Positions 28,868-42,700 of a stretch of DNA of 64,000 nt are shown one piece after another. A model generated the notes under the pieces. The model was not told the DNA's origin. It saw nothing but the letters and a program-made list of their open reading frames with translations, and ran no database searches. Every line of letters starts with the position of its first letter. Positions within the stretch are counted from its first letter, which is position 1. A program made the position numbers and the translations under genes. This DNA comes from Trichoplax sp. H2. Taxonomy: Eukaryota. The DNA lies in assembly GCA_003344405.1 (NCBI GenBank), contig NOWV01000235.1, positions 1 to 64,000 on the forward strand. The letters are read 5' to 3'.

Positions 28868-30320
28868 CATAATGCATTAACATTGGACTGATGCTTGTTT
28901 CATCTTTGTTGTATGATATATACAATTACCATCGAAGCAATGATTATAGAAACTAGATTGAAAGCAGCTTATGATAGACTTCTTGTTTATAGTCAAATTA
29001 GATTCCAAAGTTTGTGTTTCTAGACGGTTACCGTACTATTTTGTCACACGCATGCCAATAGCACTAAATGGAAATGACTGTTTGTAGTATAAAGTGATTG
29101 TCGAGGGCGTAGTAATTTATTTTACCTGTTAAAACTGATTAAAATATCACCTTGCTAATGGAATGACTCATTAACGTCAGTAATTTAATACAGTATATGA
29201 ACTCTTTGCAGTTTAAGGCAAATAAATGATATATTTTTTAGAAAGTCAAAATTGAAAATTATTCAGGAAATTCAGCACAGATTAACTAGGACTATTCAAC
29301 AAACGTGATCATATTATTTTCCGTGAAAGCTTTTTTCTAACTAACTTTTGGATAATATACATTGAGAAGGATTGTGTTATTGAAATGATGAGCAAAACTG
29401 CATTAGCCAATTTCACTGGATTTAACCAATATGTCATTTTTATTGTAGACTTCCTGTTTTTTACGCTGTGATGATCACAAGCGAATTTTTAATTTGTATT
29501 AAAAGCCTTTGATTAATAAGTATAGAGGCAATTTATTGACAGATACAACTGCATAGAATATTCAAATCACCGCGTAACAATCGAAGGTCTGCGTATAAAG
29601 ATGCGCTACTCATCAAGAAATTATGGATCTTCTTTCTGTTGATGATAGACACTGCTTAACTTTTAGTAGTTCCTTATGTTAATATGCTATTCTAAGGCTA
29701 AAAGGTGATCAACCGCAATCCTCCTGGGATTGATTTAGATATTTCTTTTGAGTCGCTTAACTTGATCATTCCGACCATCAAGGCGATAAACATATAGTTA
29801 ACTAATCAAGTTGGTCACAATCATATTGAATGTTCATATTTGTTACTATTAAATCAGACCGGACTAAATCCATAGATTAGGCCTTTCTGACAGTAGCATA
29901 AAAGTTCATCAGTTCAACGACTTTGGATAAAAAATCAATGTAGAATTTTAATGTTTATGGTGAATAATTAATTTATGCGTCCCATTGCACGTTTCATAAT
30001 TTTCATCGTCAATATGGCAGTTCATGATTATTTTATAATAAGCAGTGTTTAGCAAGACAATATTACAGTAACTTAAGTAAATCTAGTGCAAGCCTAAATA
30101 ATATTGGAATGAGCTGAGTTATGCTAAGTCAAATAGAATTAAGACTGTAAAAAAAATCAAATAGAGTCATTGTATTATTGCGCGAAAAGTATGATATACC
30201 AGGGTACTTACAGCTCGGCACTGACAAATATTTAAACCTACCAATGAATTTTCTACTTAACGAAACAATCTAAAGAATTGTATCTCTTCTGCTTGCTTAA
30301 ATAACAAATTTATAATATAG

Positions 30321-30763
30321 TGTCACGGTACGAACTACCGTGAAGAAATAGCCATCTAAATTTGGTTAATATAATATAGTGATAATATATTACAACTAGA
30401 TACTTACAGTAGGAATTACTCTAATTATAAATGTGTTACAGTAAATTTAGTGCTGTGCTGTAATGTGTACTGAAATGATTCTGTGAATGGACGTATTGCA
30501 GTCAGACTGTGAAAAACTAGTTAGTAGATGTTCTCACCTAAGTATTTTAATAATATGACTTGTGAATGTTAGCTGCTGTAGAAGGGTATATAAGCCCGTC
30601 AGATAGTTGAATAAAGCAGTTCTCAATTGTCTAGTTGAGTTTAACGCAGTATCAAAGGCGTCTAAATTCTTGTGAGGTAGTTAAGGGATACTGAATCCCG
30701 TAGACTATAGTAATTTAGAGATTTATTTTACGTTATCCTTTTCACGAAGCTGGTTTTGTGACA
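30321..30763 (+). mobile_element. Solo LTR-like element, copy A (443 bp)
   Basis: Termini TGTCAC...GTGACA; internal TATATAA (30587-30593) followed by AATAAA (30610-30615); flanks TATAG/TATAC (5-bp TSD with one mismatch); near-identical inverted copy at 39345-39786; no adjacent PBS or coding region seen. Confidence 0.78.
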
Positions 30764-30931
30764 TATACTACCATAATAAAATACTTCCATATGTACGTTG
30801 CATTTTTATACATCATCCATAGTGGCTATATATTTATTCAAGGAGACCATACTAAGCTATAATCTCATACTATCCTAACTCCATACTCATTTTTCTTCTC
30901 ATACCTTTTACTGAATACGGTATAGAGGCAT

Positions 30932-31588
30932 ATAACTTTTAAATTGCGAAGCTTAGCTCGCAGATAGGGTTCAGTTTTTGAAATCGCATTAATGCAGATT
31001 TTCCTACAATAAAAGATAATGCTTTGCCTATAAAGCACCTTCCTCTGTTTCAAATCATTACAAACCTCCAGACAAGGAACTATGTCATATTTTGTAAATA
31101 CAACGTTAACTATTCTTATGTTATCCATTGTAAAACTAAAAGGAGTGTCAAAGAACGGTAATAATTATTATACTATAATTAATTTACTCAACACAATGCT
31201 GTTTATTCAGTATGTTATGAACTATATTCTAGGGTTTACGTTCATACTTCAAGCACTAAATACAGTATGATCCTGTTATATTCATTATTCACCCATTATA
31301 CTACAGTACAAATGCAGTATGCTTACCTGGAGTATCACTAGTAAAACATATTTCTGGTCTAAGAGAAAGCCTTATAGTGAAATGGTACAAGGTTATCTTT
31401 TCATCAAACCATCCATAATCAGCAGATACATTATTTCGTAAATCTAAAGTATGTACCATAAAGTCGTGCTCTATTACATAATCATAATTATTTATTATAT
31501 TTGATATAAAGATGGACTTCAACATAGCGAATTTATCTGAAACTGAATCCAATTGTCTTTTTGGATCATGAAGAGTATAGTAAATCAT
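30932..31588 (-). pseudogene. Probable decayed leucine-rich-repeat exons (LRR gene fragment)
   Basis: The 72-nt segment 31003-30932, after a good acceptor (TTTTATTGTAG), encodes KICINAISKTEPYLRAKLRNLKV (LRR-like) but has no GT at the expected donor. A 74-nt AG..GT segment lies at 31135-31062. An upstream ORF contains MLKSIFISN and VHTLDLRNN and ends at CCAG|GTAAGC. Phases between the pieces are inconsistent. Confidence 0.35.
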
Positions 31589-34500
31589 TGCTTATAAATA
31601 TTATCGCCGATAAACTAAGATAATGCAAATACCCTATACAGAAAGCGAATTCTGTACAACGTTCGTATACATTCAACCATTATATAGTAACTACCAGTAA
31701 TTATCAGAGGATAGAGCTTCAGCGTAATTGGAAAAAGGAATATAGTAATCTTAGAAACTTACTCTTGGGAACAGATCCAACAGTTAAGATCGATATCGCT
31801 GTATCGAGTTAGGACTACCTTTACTAATTCTACTCTATGGAAACGCAAATTACCATTAGTATATGGTAAAATAAAGAACTAAGCAAGTATTTGATTGCTA
31901 TTTCTTATACATCTATACCCTGACTGTAGTCTTGCAATATGAATCTGCCTCTGATCTCGAAGTTACGAGCTTTAGAATAGTAGTGGATTCACAATTAGTA
32001 GTTGCAGTCTTTAGTAAAATGAGTAATGTAATCTAAATGAACTAATTCAAAGATGCCTATATCGCAGAGTTAGCTTGGTAACAAGTGATATTGCTAGATT
32101 AATTGTTAATATTTCTACTTACTTTCATTTTCTTTAATTTTATTAAATAATTAATCAGATGGATCGAATAGTGAGTTGTTGCATAATATCATCTTAAACT
32201 GTGCTACATTGCATGGACTTTTCAATTAAAATGTTTCTTTTATATAAAAGATTGCGGTGCTTGCACAAGGCAAGTATTTCGAGTACTTGGAATATATGAG
32301 TATCTATAAGGCCAATTCTATTATTTTATTACCGGGTTCAATGACATTGGAATAAATTATCGTTACTATAGACTTGCTGGAATAGTGCATTTGATTTCTC
32401 ATGGACGATGCTTACGATTGTACTAATTCGTATACAGTACATGATTCAATATCGACATCTCGATCAGTATCATCCCGACCTTTCATTAATCAGAAAAGTA
32501 GCAACATGCTGGTAATTAATGTAACTGATATTATCTTCATCTAGATGACATATAATCTTTTTCTTAATACTCCTCTATATGCTTTAATTTCCTCTGTTAT
32601 TAAACCACATTTATTTTCACAATCTATCGTACCTATCGATTCGAAAATTACTGATCATAGATGAAATTATGCTATCGAAAAATGAAGTCAGATCTATTTT
32701 ACTTTGCCGTATCACCAAGTGAAAGAATTCCATTCTGGAGTACTAAACGATTTTATAGCAAATTAAACTTGAACTTGCGAGCTTAATAAATTTTTGATGA
32801 TACAATCGCATTCTACAAAGAATATTAGAAATCGTACATATATCATATGTGGAATATGGAGTGATTTTCTAAGACAGAACTTATCCATTTTTAAAAATTA
32901 ATGCTATAATAACTTGAGTTATCTTCAATAGTCTTACAGTATTCAATTTTTTTAATGACCCTAAAATTACGTACAATAGTCATATATACAGTAAAATGAA
33001 TTCGTTATAAGATCTACATTGTTTATGACCGATACAATTTGATAGCTAGACCAACAGACTTCTAGTTAACTGCATTCTTCATTATTCAAAAATGAAGAAG
33101 AGATTTATGTTTCTTTAAATTAGTAAAGCAATTATCATATTTTATAGCTCTTCGTTCATAAACTCACTTTATTATGAGGTAGCTACTATCTGAATACGCT
33201 TAACTATAAGGCGCATCGACTATTAAAACACATGAAACGGCAAAGTATCAGTGTGATACAGGGTAAAGGTGATCGTATGTAAACAGAAATTAAATCTAGT
33301 ACAGACATACTGAGATATTTTACGTATGATTTATGACAGACAACGTACGTATGCTTATGAACTCGCAATAGAAAGCATCCGGTGATCAAAGCGGATAAAC
33401 TACGCATATTTTGTTCCGATAGTGATAGAATATCCTATCCTCGAGACATAATATTTTAAAAATGAGAAATCGATTTGCAATTTTTCTTCACTAAATGGAG
33501 AAAAATTAGCAATCTTCGATAGAGTTCGATGCTATATAGCCAATTAAAGAGATAAATTTGCCGACTATAATTTAGTTAAGGCAAGTAAATAAATTTTAGT
33601 TATTGCTAATTAATACCGAAATATAAGGTCGTCAGAATACTAGAATGACAATCAGCTGAATATAATTACCAATTTCTGGTTGAAATTATATTTTTAAAGA
33701 AATAAAATACAAGGCTTAAGAAATACTAAAGCGGTAATGACAATGCAATTAATTTTTCAACTACATAAATGGACTATCATAGATTCCAGGAAGCAGCGCT
33801 ATTAATTTTTAAATTCATTCTTACTATTGTTGTACTTTTTACAATGCATAGGTACGAGTATTTTATTGCATTGGATGGTATTTCTTTTTGAATTGGAAAG
33901 TAATCATAAAAATTATTATTCCCATTTCTAAACATTTATAGGATTTATAAAAAATCTTTGCTGATTGTGGCCATGGAGATAGCCGAAATCGCGTGAATGC
34001 TGTAGGAAAAGTTAGTTATGGTAATACTCCTTAAGTAATGGCATAATCCGTACAGTATACATATCATTGATAGTTTAAAAATAGAATCAGGTAAATTTAT
34101 TGCCGGTACTGGTCAATTTGATCTATTTTTATCGTTTCAACAATTATTGCAATGACAAATTAATTTCATTACATGCGTAGAAATCTCCTCTGTCTAACAT
34201 TAACAATAAAACTACTATCCAATAACGTAGCCAAGATTAATATGCTGAATATCATAAGAATTTTTGTACGATATAAACAATAGAATAGAAGGTTGATATC
34301 TTAACAAGACAGATGCCAAACTTTGTTCAATCGAATAAATTGATGGAAACTTTTTCTTTACCATGACAATTGAAACATAGCAAAGAAGATATTAAATTAT
34401 TATGATATTAAATCTACCAGATCTAATTGTAGATTTGCATGAGTAGATCACTTCATATCTAAGTATGTTTGTTATATTTCCTATATAAATAGAACAGCAC

Positions 34501-35867
34501 GCAGTAAGTCTTAAGTTCGTTTAAGACTCAACCATTACAGTATTGCATGTCTACATCATTAGATATTTGCCCTCAGTTAATAAAGGCGATGTGGACTATA
34601 TTAATATTGTGATTATATTTTAAGATAGCGATATATATGTGTCATAACTACTACATAGAAAAATTGATTTAATCCCATATTACTATGGAAATGCAGTTTG
34701 GGGTTGAAATAGATAATCAAATCAATAATCAGTGACTATTAAACTGGTACTATCAATTGTAGATGTTATAAAATGCTAGAATATAGCCCCATAAAAATTG
34801 ATAAGGGTGATTTTTAGCTTTACTTTGCCTTCGGAATAAATTAAACAATTGAAGACCGACAGAAATATTAATGGAAAGTATCATCATTATTTCATGATCG
34901 CTAAGGTATAAGTAAATGCCTGAAAACAGAAGCAAGATGATGGAGCTTAGGATAAGGAATATTTCTATTCTTTACTTAACTATGACTATAATAAAGGTTC
35001 AATAAAAATCAGGGGCGTTAAATTTAAATGACTAATATATTTATATTGGTAATATCATTCCAATTCAGTAGAATATAAACTACGAACGAGTTGCATATAA
35101 TTATATTTTGCTACTGGCTTTTCATTCCCTTCATGTATAATCATAAAATGGAACGAGGCATTGAAGTAGATAGCTTCCATGTAAACAGACATTATCTTTA
35201 TGTTTAATAATAACTACCATTGGATAAAGATAAGAAATATGTATATTTAGAGAAGAGCAGAAAAGTAAATCTTAACTTGATTAACAAAATGCATTAGACA
35301 ATAATATTAATAAAACTAATTTCACTGATTTTTCTATTGAAAAACGGGAAGCGTATGTTGTAGCCATTGTAGTTACAACTTCAATATAATGAAGATGCAT
35401 TAGTTATGTTTTTTGACTAAATTACTGTATGGATTATGAATCATGTTGAACATGACATATAACTAACATTAGTATAAACTAAATATTACTTTTGAAACGA
35501 TTCCATCCTTAAAAAAATAACCATTATACCGTAATTATAATGCAAATTGGAGGAAGAAAGAAAATGAAGAACAAGTAAAATAATACAGACCATGAGTCAA
35601 AAACTAAAAATAGAATATACATGTATATTTATATACAGGCAAGAGGGATACTTAGATCTTTGAATAATTTCTAGTTAATACGTGCTTTCATCGATGACAC
35701 ACATCAAATACATTCGATACAAGACCATTTTACTAATGTTACGTTGATCACGTTGTTCACTTGCACATTATTCTTAAATACGGAACATGATTAATCACAA
35801 TCACATAGTAAAAAACTACTATAAGTTTAAGTTAGCTATGATATATGGTTGGTGATGCATGATTTTT

Positions 35868-37187
35868 TTAAACATACGCTGCTGTGGGCGATAAAGCCAA
35901 CCCGCGAAGGTCTATTTCACTAGGCGATAAATACACAGCTTCAGTAGACGGTGTAAGGAATGATGATAGACGAGGATGATGATGATAACCGTTATGAATT
36001 GTTGATGGTTTATGGCGGTTGAGAGCTTTTTTGCTTGAAAAGCGCGAGAAAGATTTACTCTTACTGCTCGATCGAAAAGCTATGATAGAATGATTTGTTG
36101 ATTTCTGCATAATTGATGAATTAGCTTTTTCAGAGGGTAATAAAGGCCAATGTAAGATCTTATATAACCTTGCTTTAAATTGCTTATTCAACATGGCATA
36201 AATGATTGGATTAATTGCAGCGTTGGCGTAAGCTATATAACGAACAACGATAGCCATAATTTTAATATCAGCTATGGGTAAAGTGACTAACTGGCATGCA
36301 AATAACACCCGTGTCACTTCTTTGGGCGTCAAACATAGGATATAAATGATGACAATTGTAATAACCATAACCAGAACATGATGTTTAGTTTTATCTAAAC
36401 GTTGATTATGAGTTGCTCCTCCAACGATGGAACCTGATCGCCGGACTATCATGGTTATCTGGACATTAGTGAAAATCATCACTATTAACGGTATGATAAA
36501 ACCAATGAAGGTAATGCAAATCATGTAGATCATATAATTACGACTACTTCCAAATCGATCAAGATCAGGCCATCGACGTGTGCAAAGAGTCATAGTGCTA
36601 GAGAAACTTTTAACTTCCATATAAATAAATTCAGGTATAACTAGAATGAAAGCACATAACCATAAGATAATGATAATAAAGGCCGTCCAAAAATCATTTA
36701 AGCGCCGTTTTAATGGGTGTTTGACGGCCATATAGCGATCCAAACTAATGGCCACTAATATAAAACTCATGATGTAGACACTAGCTGCTGCAACACTTTG
36801 CGATAACTTACACATGGTCTGGCCCATAGTGTAATGTAAATTATCTTGCATAATCTCTGTAATTATAACGATTGGTATATTGAAGCATAGTATAATTAGA
36901 TCGACTAACATTAAATTCATTAAGTAATAATTGGTTGGATTTTTTAAAGATGGCGTTGCCAGATAGATTATTAAAACCAAACTATTAGCAATTAATCCAA
37001 CAACAAATAAAATACAACATAGCACCAACTGGATGATATGAGCTATAGATAAATTATAGTAGAATGGATGTAAGGATGGGATTATGGTCGTTGGTAAGTT
37101 AGTTGAGTTATAACCACTGGTGTGATTAATGGCTACTTCGGTTGTAATATTTAGTATGATTGAATCGCTGCTTGTCATTAGATCCAT
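35868..37187 (-). CDS. Class A (rhodopsin-like) GPCR, peptide-receptor-like, uninterrupted ORF, 439 aa
   Basis: Seven hydrophobic segments; N-glycosylation sequons in the N-terminus; GLIAN (TM1), TNYYLMNLMLVD (TM2), MCK + SLDRY (TM3), W in TM4, CTRRW in ECL2, FIIP (TM5), NAAINPIIY (TM7). Ligand unknown. Confidence 0.93.
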   Translation of the reverse strand: MDLMTSSDSIILNITTEVAINHTSGYNSTNLPTTIIPSLHPFYYNLSIAHIIQLVLCCILFVVGLIANSLVLIIYLATPSLKNPTNYYLMNLMLVDLIILCFNIPIVIITEIMQDNLHYTMGQTMCKLSQSVAAASVYIMSFILVAISLDRYMAVKHPLKRRLNDFWTAFIIIILWLCAFILVIPEFIYMEVKSFSSTMTLCTRRWPDLDRFGSSRNYMIYMICITFIGFIIPLIVMIFTNVQITMIVRRSGSIVGGATHNQRLDKTKHHVLVMVITIVIIYILCLTPKEVTRVLFACQLVTLPIADIKIMAIVVRYIAYANAAINPIIYAMLNKQFKARLYKILHWPLLPSEKANSSIMQKSTNHSIIAFRSSSKSKSFSRFSSKKALNRHKPSTIHNGYHHHPRLSSFLTPSTEAVYLSPSEIDLRGLALSPTAAYV

Positions 37188-39344
37188 CTCTAGAGGAAAT
37201 AGAATGACTTGATTGCAATAAATATCACAATAAAAAAAAATTAATCGATTATAGTACTGCTTTTAAGTAGTTATTTCTTGGCTGTCAATGTAATTAGTCA
37301 GATCAATGTTAGTGCCGGGTAAATATGTGTATAAAAATGCTGAAATACAGTAGATTAGGTGATATAATATTTTAATAATAGTACTGTAGAAAATGATCTA
37401 TTTTTAACGCTAATTCGATTTAGTTTTGTACTTTTAATTTTAATTAACGCTAAATAATATTAATAGCCAAAGATTATTGAAGGGAATGAAATGGTAAGGT
37501 AGAATAAATGACGCTGGACGTAAATTTTCAACGCAGAACTTAATTAGTTAAAGAAAATAGATATGATGGCAATGAGATCTTTGTGCCTCCTGTTGATGTC
37601 TTGGACAAGATTTATCTGGCTTGTGTGTGTTATTAAATTTCTAGACCAAAACCTTGAAATATGTGACTTGGTTAGTTACCATAAAAATTCCAAGTTTTAA
37701 TATTATTATTTTGTTGTTGTTGTTGTTCTTCTCGCCTTCGATGTTATTCTCGATTCACGAGATCAATGAAACTGGAAAGATAAACTTTATGACAGGCTTA
37801 GTTTTACCTGTAAAGAAGAAATTATCATGCTGTCCATTACTACAATTTAACAATAATATATGAATAATGTCCCTGTGTAACACTTATCATCAACCATTTT
37901 TAAGTTACCTCTTACTAATTGGATCGAACTTTCAGACTTGGTCGATATGATTAACAAGCAGATACTGACTTCATAGAATATTTTTCTTCTCTTTTCAATC
38001 TTAACTTAACCTCTCTTATAGAGTATACCTTTCCTAAAATGATAATTAATTGATAAGATGACAGTTACGATATCAACCTGAGTGAGTGAGAAGAAAACCA
38101 GCATACGTTCAATTTACAAGAGACAAATAATAGTGATTGAGAGTAAAAAATGACTTGATAGATGGATGAATGAGTAATTTATAACCTGGATCAATACTAA
38201 AAAATAGAATGAATTCAACTGAGTATTAGATTGAGAGAATTGAATAGTAGTTAGAATTAAAATCAGACGTCAATTTGACGTGGGCTGATCCACGTTAGTT
38301 TTACTCCTTTGGTCTATTTTTCAGACTCTTTTGCACTCGCTACCTTCATGATAATGAAGAATAAAGTGAACATAGAAGAAAAAAACCAATTTATTCATAG
38401 ACAATAACCTTTACTATTCTTTAAATCATGACTGGTAAACAGAATTATCTTTCAATCGCATATGAATAGAACAATGCTAGTTAGGGTTATACTATTGATG
38501 TGCTCTAACAATGTGTTGGTCTAGCATTGTGTCGAGGATAAGATAAACTAGAATGATGATGAGGTTATATATTAATGCTCAAATGCGAGGTAATCTTAAT
38601 TTAACCATCATTTGAATATTGAAGCTTCGATGATGATTAGCTAAGGGTGATGAAGGATGATATGATAGCTAATATATTAATCGAGGACAATAGTATTCCA
38701 ATGATATGAAAATAGAAACTTATTTCGCTCTGAGTTATCGATTTAATAAAGTCATGATTACCTAAGTCAATAAGACGCAAGGAATTGAATAGATTATGAA
38801 TAGGTTATAAGATGATCAGACATCTGCATAGATATTAATTTGCTCCTATTGTATTAACTGTTCATAGTTTTAGATAAAGTGATGATTAAATCAAATATTA
38901 AAATGATAGGATATATAAATTTAGACTTTCAAACTTGTTTATCCATAGCAACCTGATTAAAGCTAACCACCGCAGGTGTTGTTCAATATTAATGGTATAG
39001 ATCTTATTAGTAGTAAATTGATTCAATATTGTTATCAAATCAAATCCATGTTAATATTAGCTCACCTTCTTAACAGAAAATCAAAGCAGTGATCTTACGT
39101 TTGGAAAAGAATAGGTGGTAATTAAGAAAGAAAAAATTATTGGTTCTGTTTTGATTATTACTCACGTTGAAACGATTACTCTATCATTATGTCAATAATG
39201 AATACTTAACTTTATGCTTCACTATGGTAACTACTGGTGTAGGATATATCGCAAAATTAATTATTAAAATCTTTAAATTCTATTCTATTTGGTCGACTAT
39301 TTAGCCATAATTAAAACTAGAGAGTAGAATAAATTATTGAGTAC

Positions 39345-39786
39345 TGTCACAAACCAATTTCGTGACAAGGATAACGTAAAATAAATCTCTAAATTACTAT
39401 AGTCTCCGGGATTCAGTATCCCTTGACTACCTTACAAGAATTTAGACGCCTTTGATTCTATGTTAAACTCAACTAGACAATTGAGAACTGCTTTATTCAA
39501 CTATCTGACGGGCTTGTATACCCTTCTACAGCAGCTAACATTCACAAGTCATCTTATAAAAATACTTAGGTGAGAACATCTACTAACTAATTTTTCACGG
39601 TCTGACTACAATACGTCCATTCACAGAATCATTTCAGTGCACATTACAGCACAGCATTAAATTTACTATAACACATTTATAATTAGAGTAATTCCTACTG
39701 TAAGTAACTAGTTGTAATATATTATCACTATATTATATTAACCAAATTTAGATGGCTATTTCTTCACGGTAGTTCGTACCGTGACA
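39345..39786 (-). mobile_element. Solo LTR-like element, copy B (442 bp)
   Basis: Reverse complement of 30321-30763 over its full length with scattered substitutions; TGTCAC...GTGACA termini; perfect 5-bp TSD AGTAC (39340-39344 and 39787-39791). Confidence 0.82.
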
Positions 39787-42700
39787 AGTACAAACTACTA
39801 TGACTTAAAAAATATCAAATTTGCACATATAGCTTTAAAGAATATCTCTATATCATATTTTAAGCGTAGATAAAAAGAGGTAATAATAACCTATAGGAAG
39901 CTTTGGTATTTGTAAAATATGTGAGATATTTTAATGCAATTGCATAACTAAGCATTACTTCTATAATGCAGAAATTAAAAATTAAATCAATATTTTGTAT
40001 TGTAATGCAGAAGACTAGTGACGTTGAGATACGATATGAAACATTACCGTAGAATTTTATTGTGATACAATATAATAGCCTAATTAGGGATAAATCATAA
40101 ATTGTATAACATTTTAAATCAAGTCAATACGCTCACAATATAATAGTGATCAATCTAATGAGTACGAAATAAGAATTATAAGCTGCTAATATATATATTA
40201 TCAGTCACGAAAGGGAATAAGGGTTTATCAATATCTTATAATCAGATAGTATAGAGGCCATTCAGATTAACCGGTAACGGAATAGATATGGGAACGTTAG
40301 CATGTGGCATATTTATGAAATGTTTAAAATATAATTTCATTGCATACAATCGAGAATAGTAGTAGAATTAAAGCTACTTTAAAATCAATTAAATTAAATT
40401 TCGATCATTAAATTGCCTTACTTTAAATAGACTACATTGCATAATAATAAATATATATTTTGTAATAATACTTTAAGTTAGATCTTTGATATGGCAGATT
40501 ACTAATATTAATTTTTATATGTGTAGAGAAATAGAACAAAACCGCAATCTAACTGATTAAATTCCAGAAATAGAAATTCTAGCCTTGCTTCCATTATTCT
40601 GATGACGCGCATGATCTTATGCAATAAAAAGCTTGCATGAGCAAATTAAGTCATTTCACGAATGGCGCCCTTCGCCTAAAATGGCAGTTTATGGCAATTA
40701 CTACATATCCAACTAGATTTGCTCTTAATTCTAAGCAATGGTCATGCCATTTCTCTGATACTAAAATTACCGATCTCATTTTATATCCAAGAAATCTCAT
40801 TTTGCTAAATTTATCTAAGACGCTCTAATTGAATGATTTTATCGTTGTTATTAATTGTAACTATTTTGGCCTTTGTCTTAGCATCAGTGGCAATGCTACT
40901 AGTATAACTCATACTACTAATTTAACACGATGACTATTGTTGGGATATACCATACTGTTAAATATGCGTAAATGATCATACTACATTCAGTATAGCCTAA
41001 CTATTTTTACGTCTTGTTGTTTTTAAAAATACAATCATTTGTTATTCTTGACTATGATTCAACTGCTCTTAATTGTTACTCGGGTCAATAAGCTTTCTCT
41101 TCGTAAAACAATAATTTTATTGTAAAATATCTTAATTGTAATCATCTTTATCAATAACAAATACTGTAGCTATTGAACAGCCTATACGGATCGTAGTAAA
41201 TGTTGTTGCCCTTGTTGATAGCAATGGAAGTGCCTTAAGCTAAAGTAAATCTCCTACTTCTTTCCCTAATTTTGATTGCTATAGAAATTGTTAATAGGAA
41301 AATCAAGAATGAAATTATTAAGATAGTTAATTATTTATAAAAGACAACCGCCAAGCAATATTTGCTCATATTACATCCTAAGATACAACGAAGACAATGA
41401 AAGGATGGATGACTTATTTTTATACTAATGGTTAGTAATTTCACATTTTGAAGTACTTTCTAAATTTATTTTTGATGCATCATTGCTCTAATTATTCGTA
41501 AAGAAGTTGATATAAAGTGTGTCGATTTAATCTGACTATTTATTATTAATGCAAGTCTTATGATCTAGTTATAGTTAATGCTGACTTAAATATATTGATA
41601 TTACCATGAGGCAATAAATGGCAAATAAACGCCAAACTATGCATTTTCTTCTTACCAGGCAGAATTATATTATAAATAATCACTAATGTAACTAGATAAA
41701 AATATGATATATAATTTAAGTTGTGCATAGTTTCCATTTCTGAAGAAAACTGCTATCCATTCATCACTTGATTTTTTTTATCCTATTTAAGCTGGATACG
41801 TAGTAAATTATATCATATGTTTTTTTTAAATGTCAGCCATTCGATTGGGAATAACTTAATGATTCAAATAACAGTATGATATAGATGTGGTCGTATAGCT
41901 GATTACAGAAAACTGTCATTATAGCTCTGACGGGTTTTTAAATGGATGATAACGAGTTGATATGGTCATTGGTCTATTATTCTTGAACTATAATTGTGTA
42001 ATGTTGCCAACAATAATTTTGTTGCAGCTCTTCTGACATCAATAGGGGATAGTTTTGATAGAGGGTAATGATTGCTAAAGGACATCTACTACAATAGTTA
42101 CGTACAACATTATTATTTTTTCCAACAATTCGTTTTATTTTATTTGAAGAGCTCCCTTGGACTAACTATGACTTAATTTTAGCTTATACCGGTATTTTAC
42201 GTTTATGAAGAAGAAATAATAATAATATTACGATACTATTTAACTGCCATAGCTAGGATATCAGCTAGTATTATTCAATCAAAAGTATTTGCCTAGATTG
42301 ATATTAGAAAGTCATCGGATAGCATCCATTTATCTCAAACTATCGCGAATCTTCTATTGTTCTTAAAGGATTATCAAGTTGTCATTTTCTTCGAGAGAAA
42401 TAATTCGGAAATATTTAACAGTAATTATTGAAAATCGTTAAAAAATGGGAGTAGGCTATAGTGAAATGGTCGTTCTTGCTTTCGCAGTTATTAAGAGATC
42501 ATCAAGTTATTGAATCTGATGAGATTAGTAAAGATCATTTTATAGCTGTAATTTAAATCACTATTGATAACGGAATGGTTACCGAATATTTTGTCAGTAT
42601 TATTAATGATAATAACCGTAGAAATAAGTCATTTGATAAAATTAAAAAGCCTTAATACAGAGTATTAGTTTAAATTGGTCTAAAGATGAAGATGAATAGT

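Noticed and set aside
30321..39786. One large composite transposon with 443-bp terminal inverted repeats carrying the GPCR
   Set aside because: Each copy has its own TSD and the outer flanks (TATAG versus AGTAC) do not match, indicating separate insertions.
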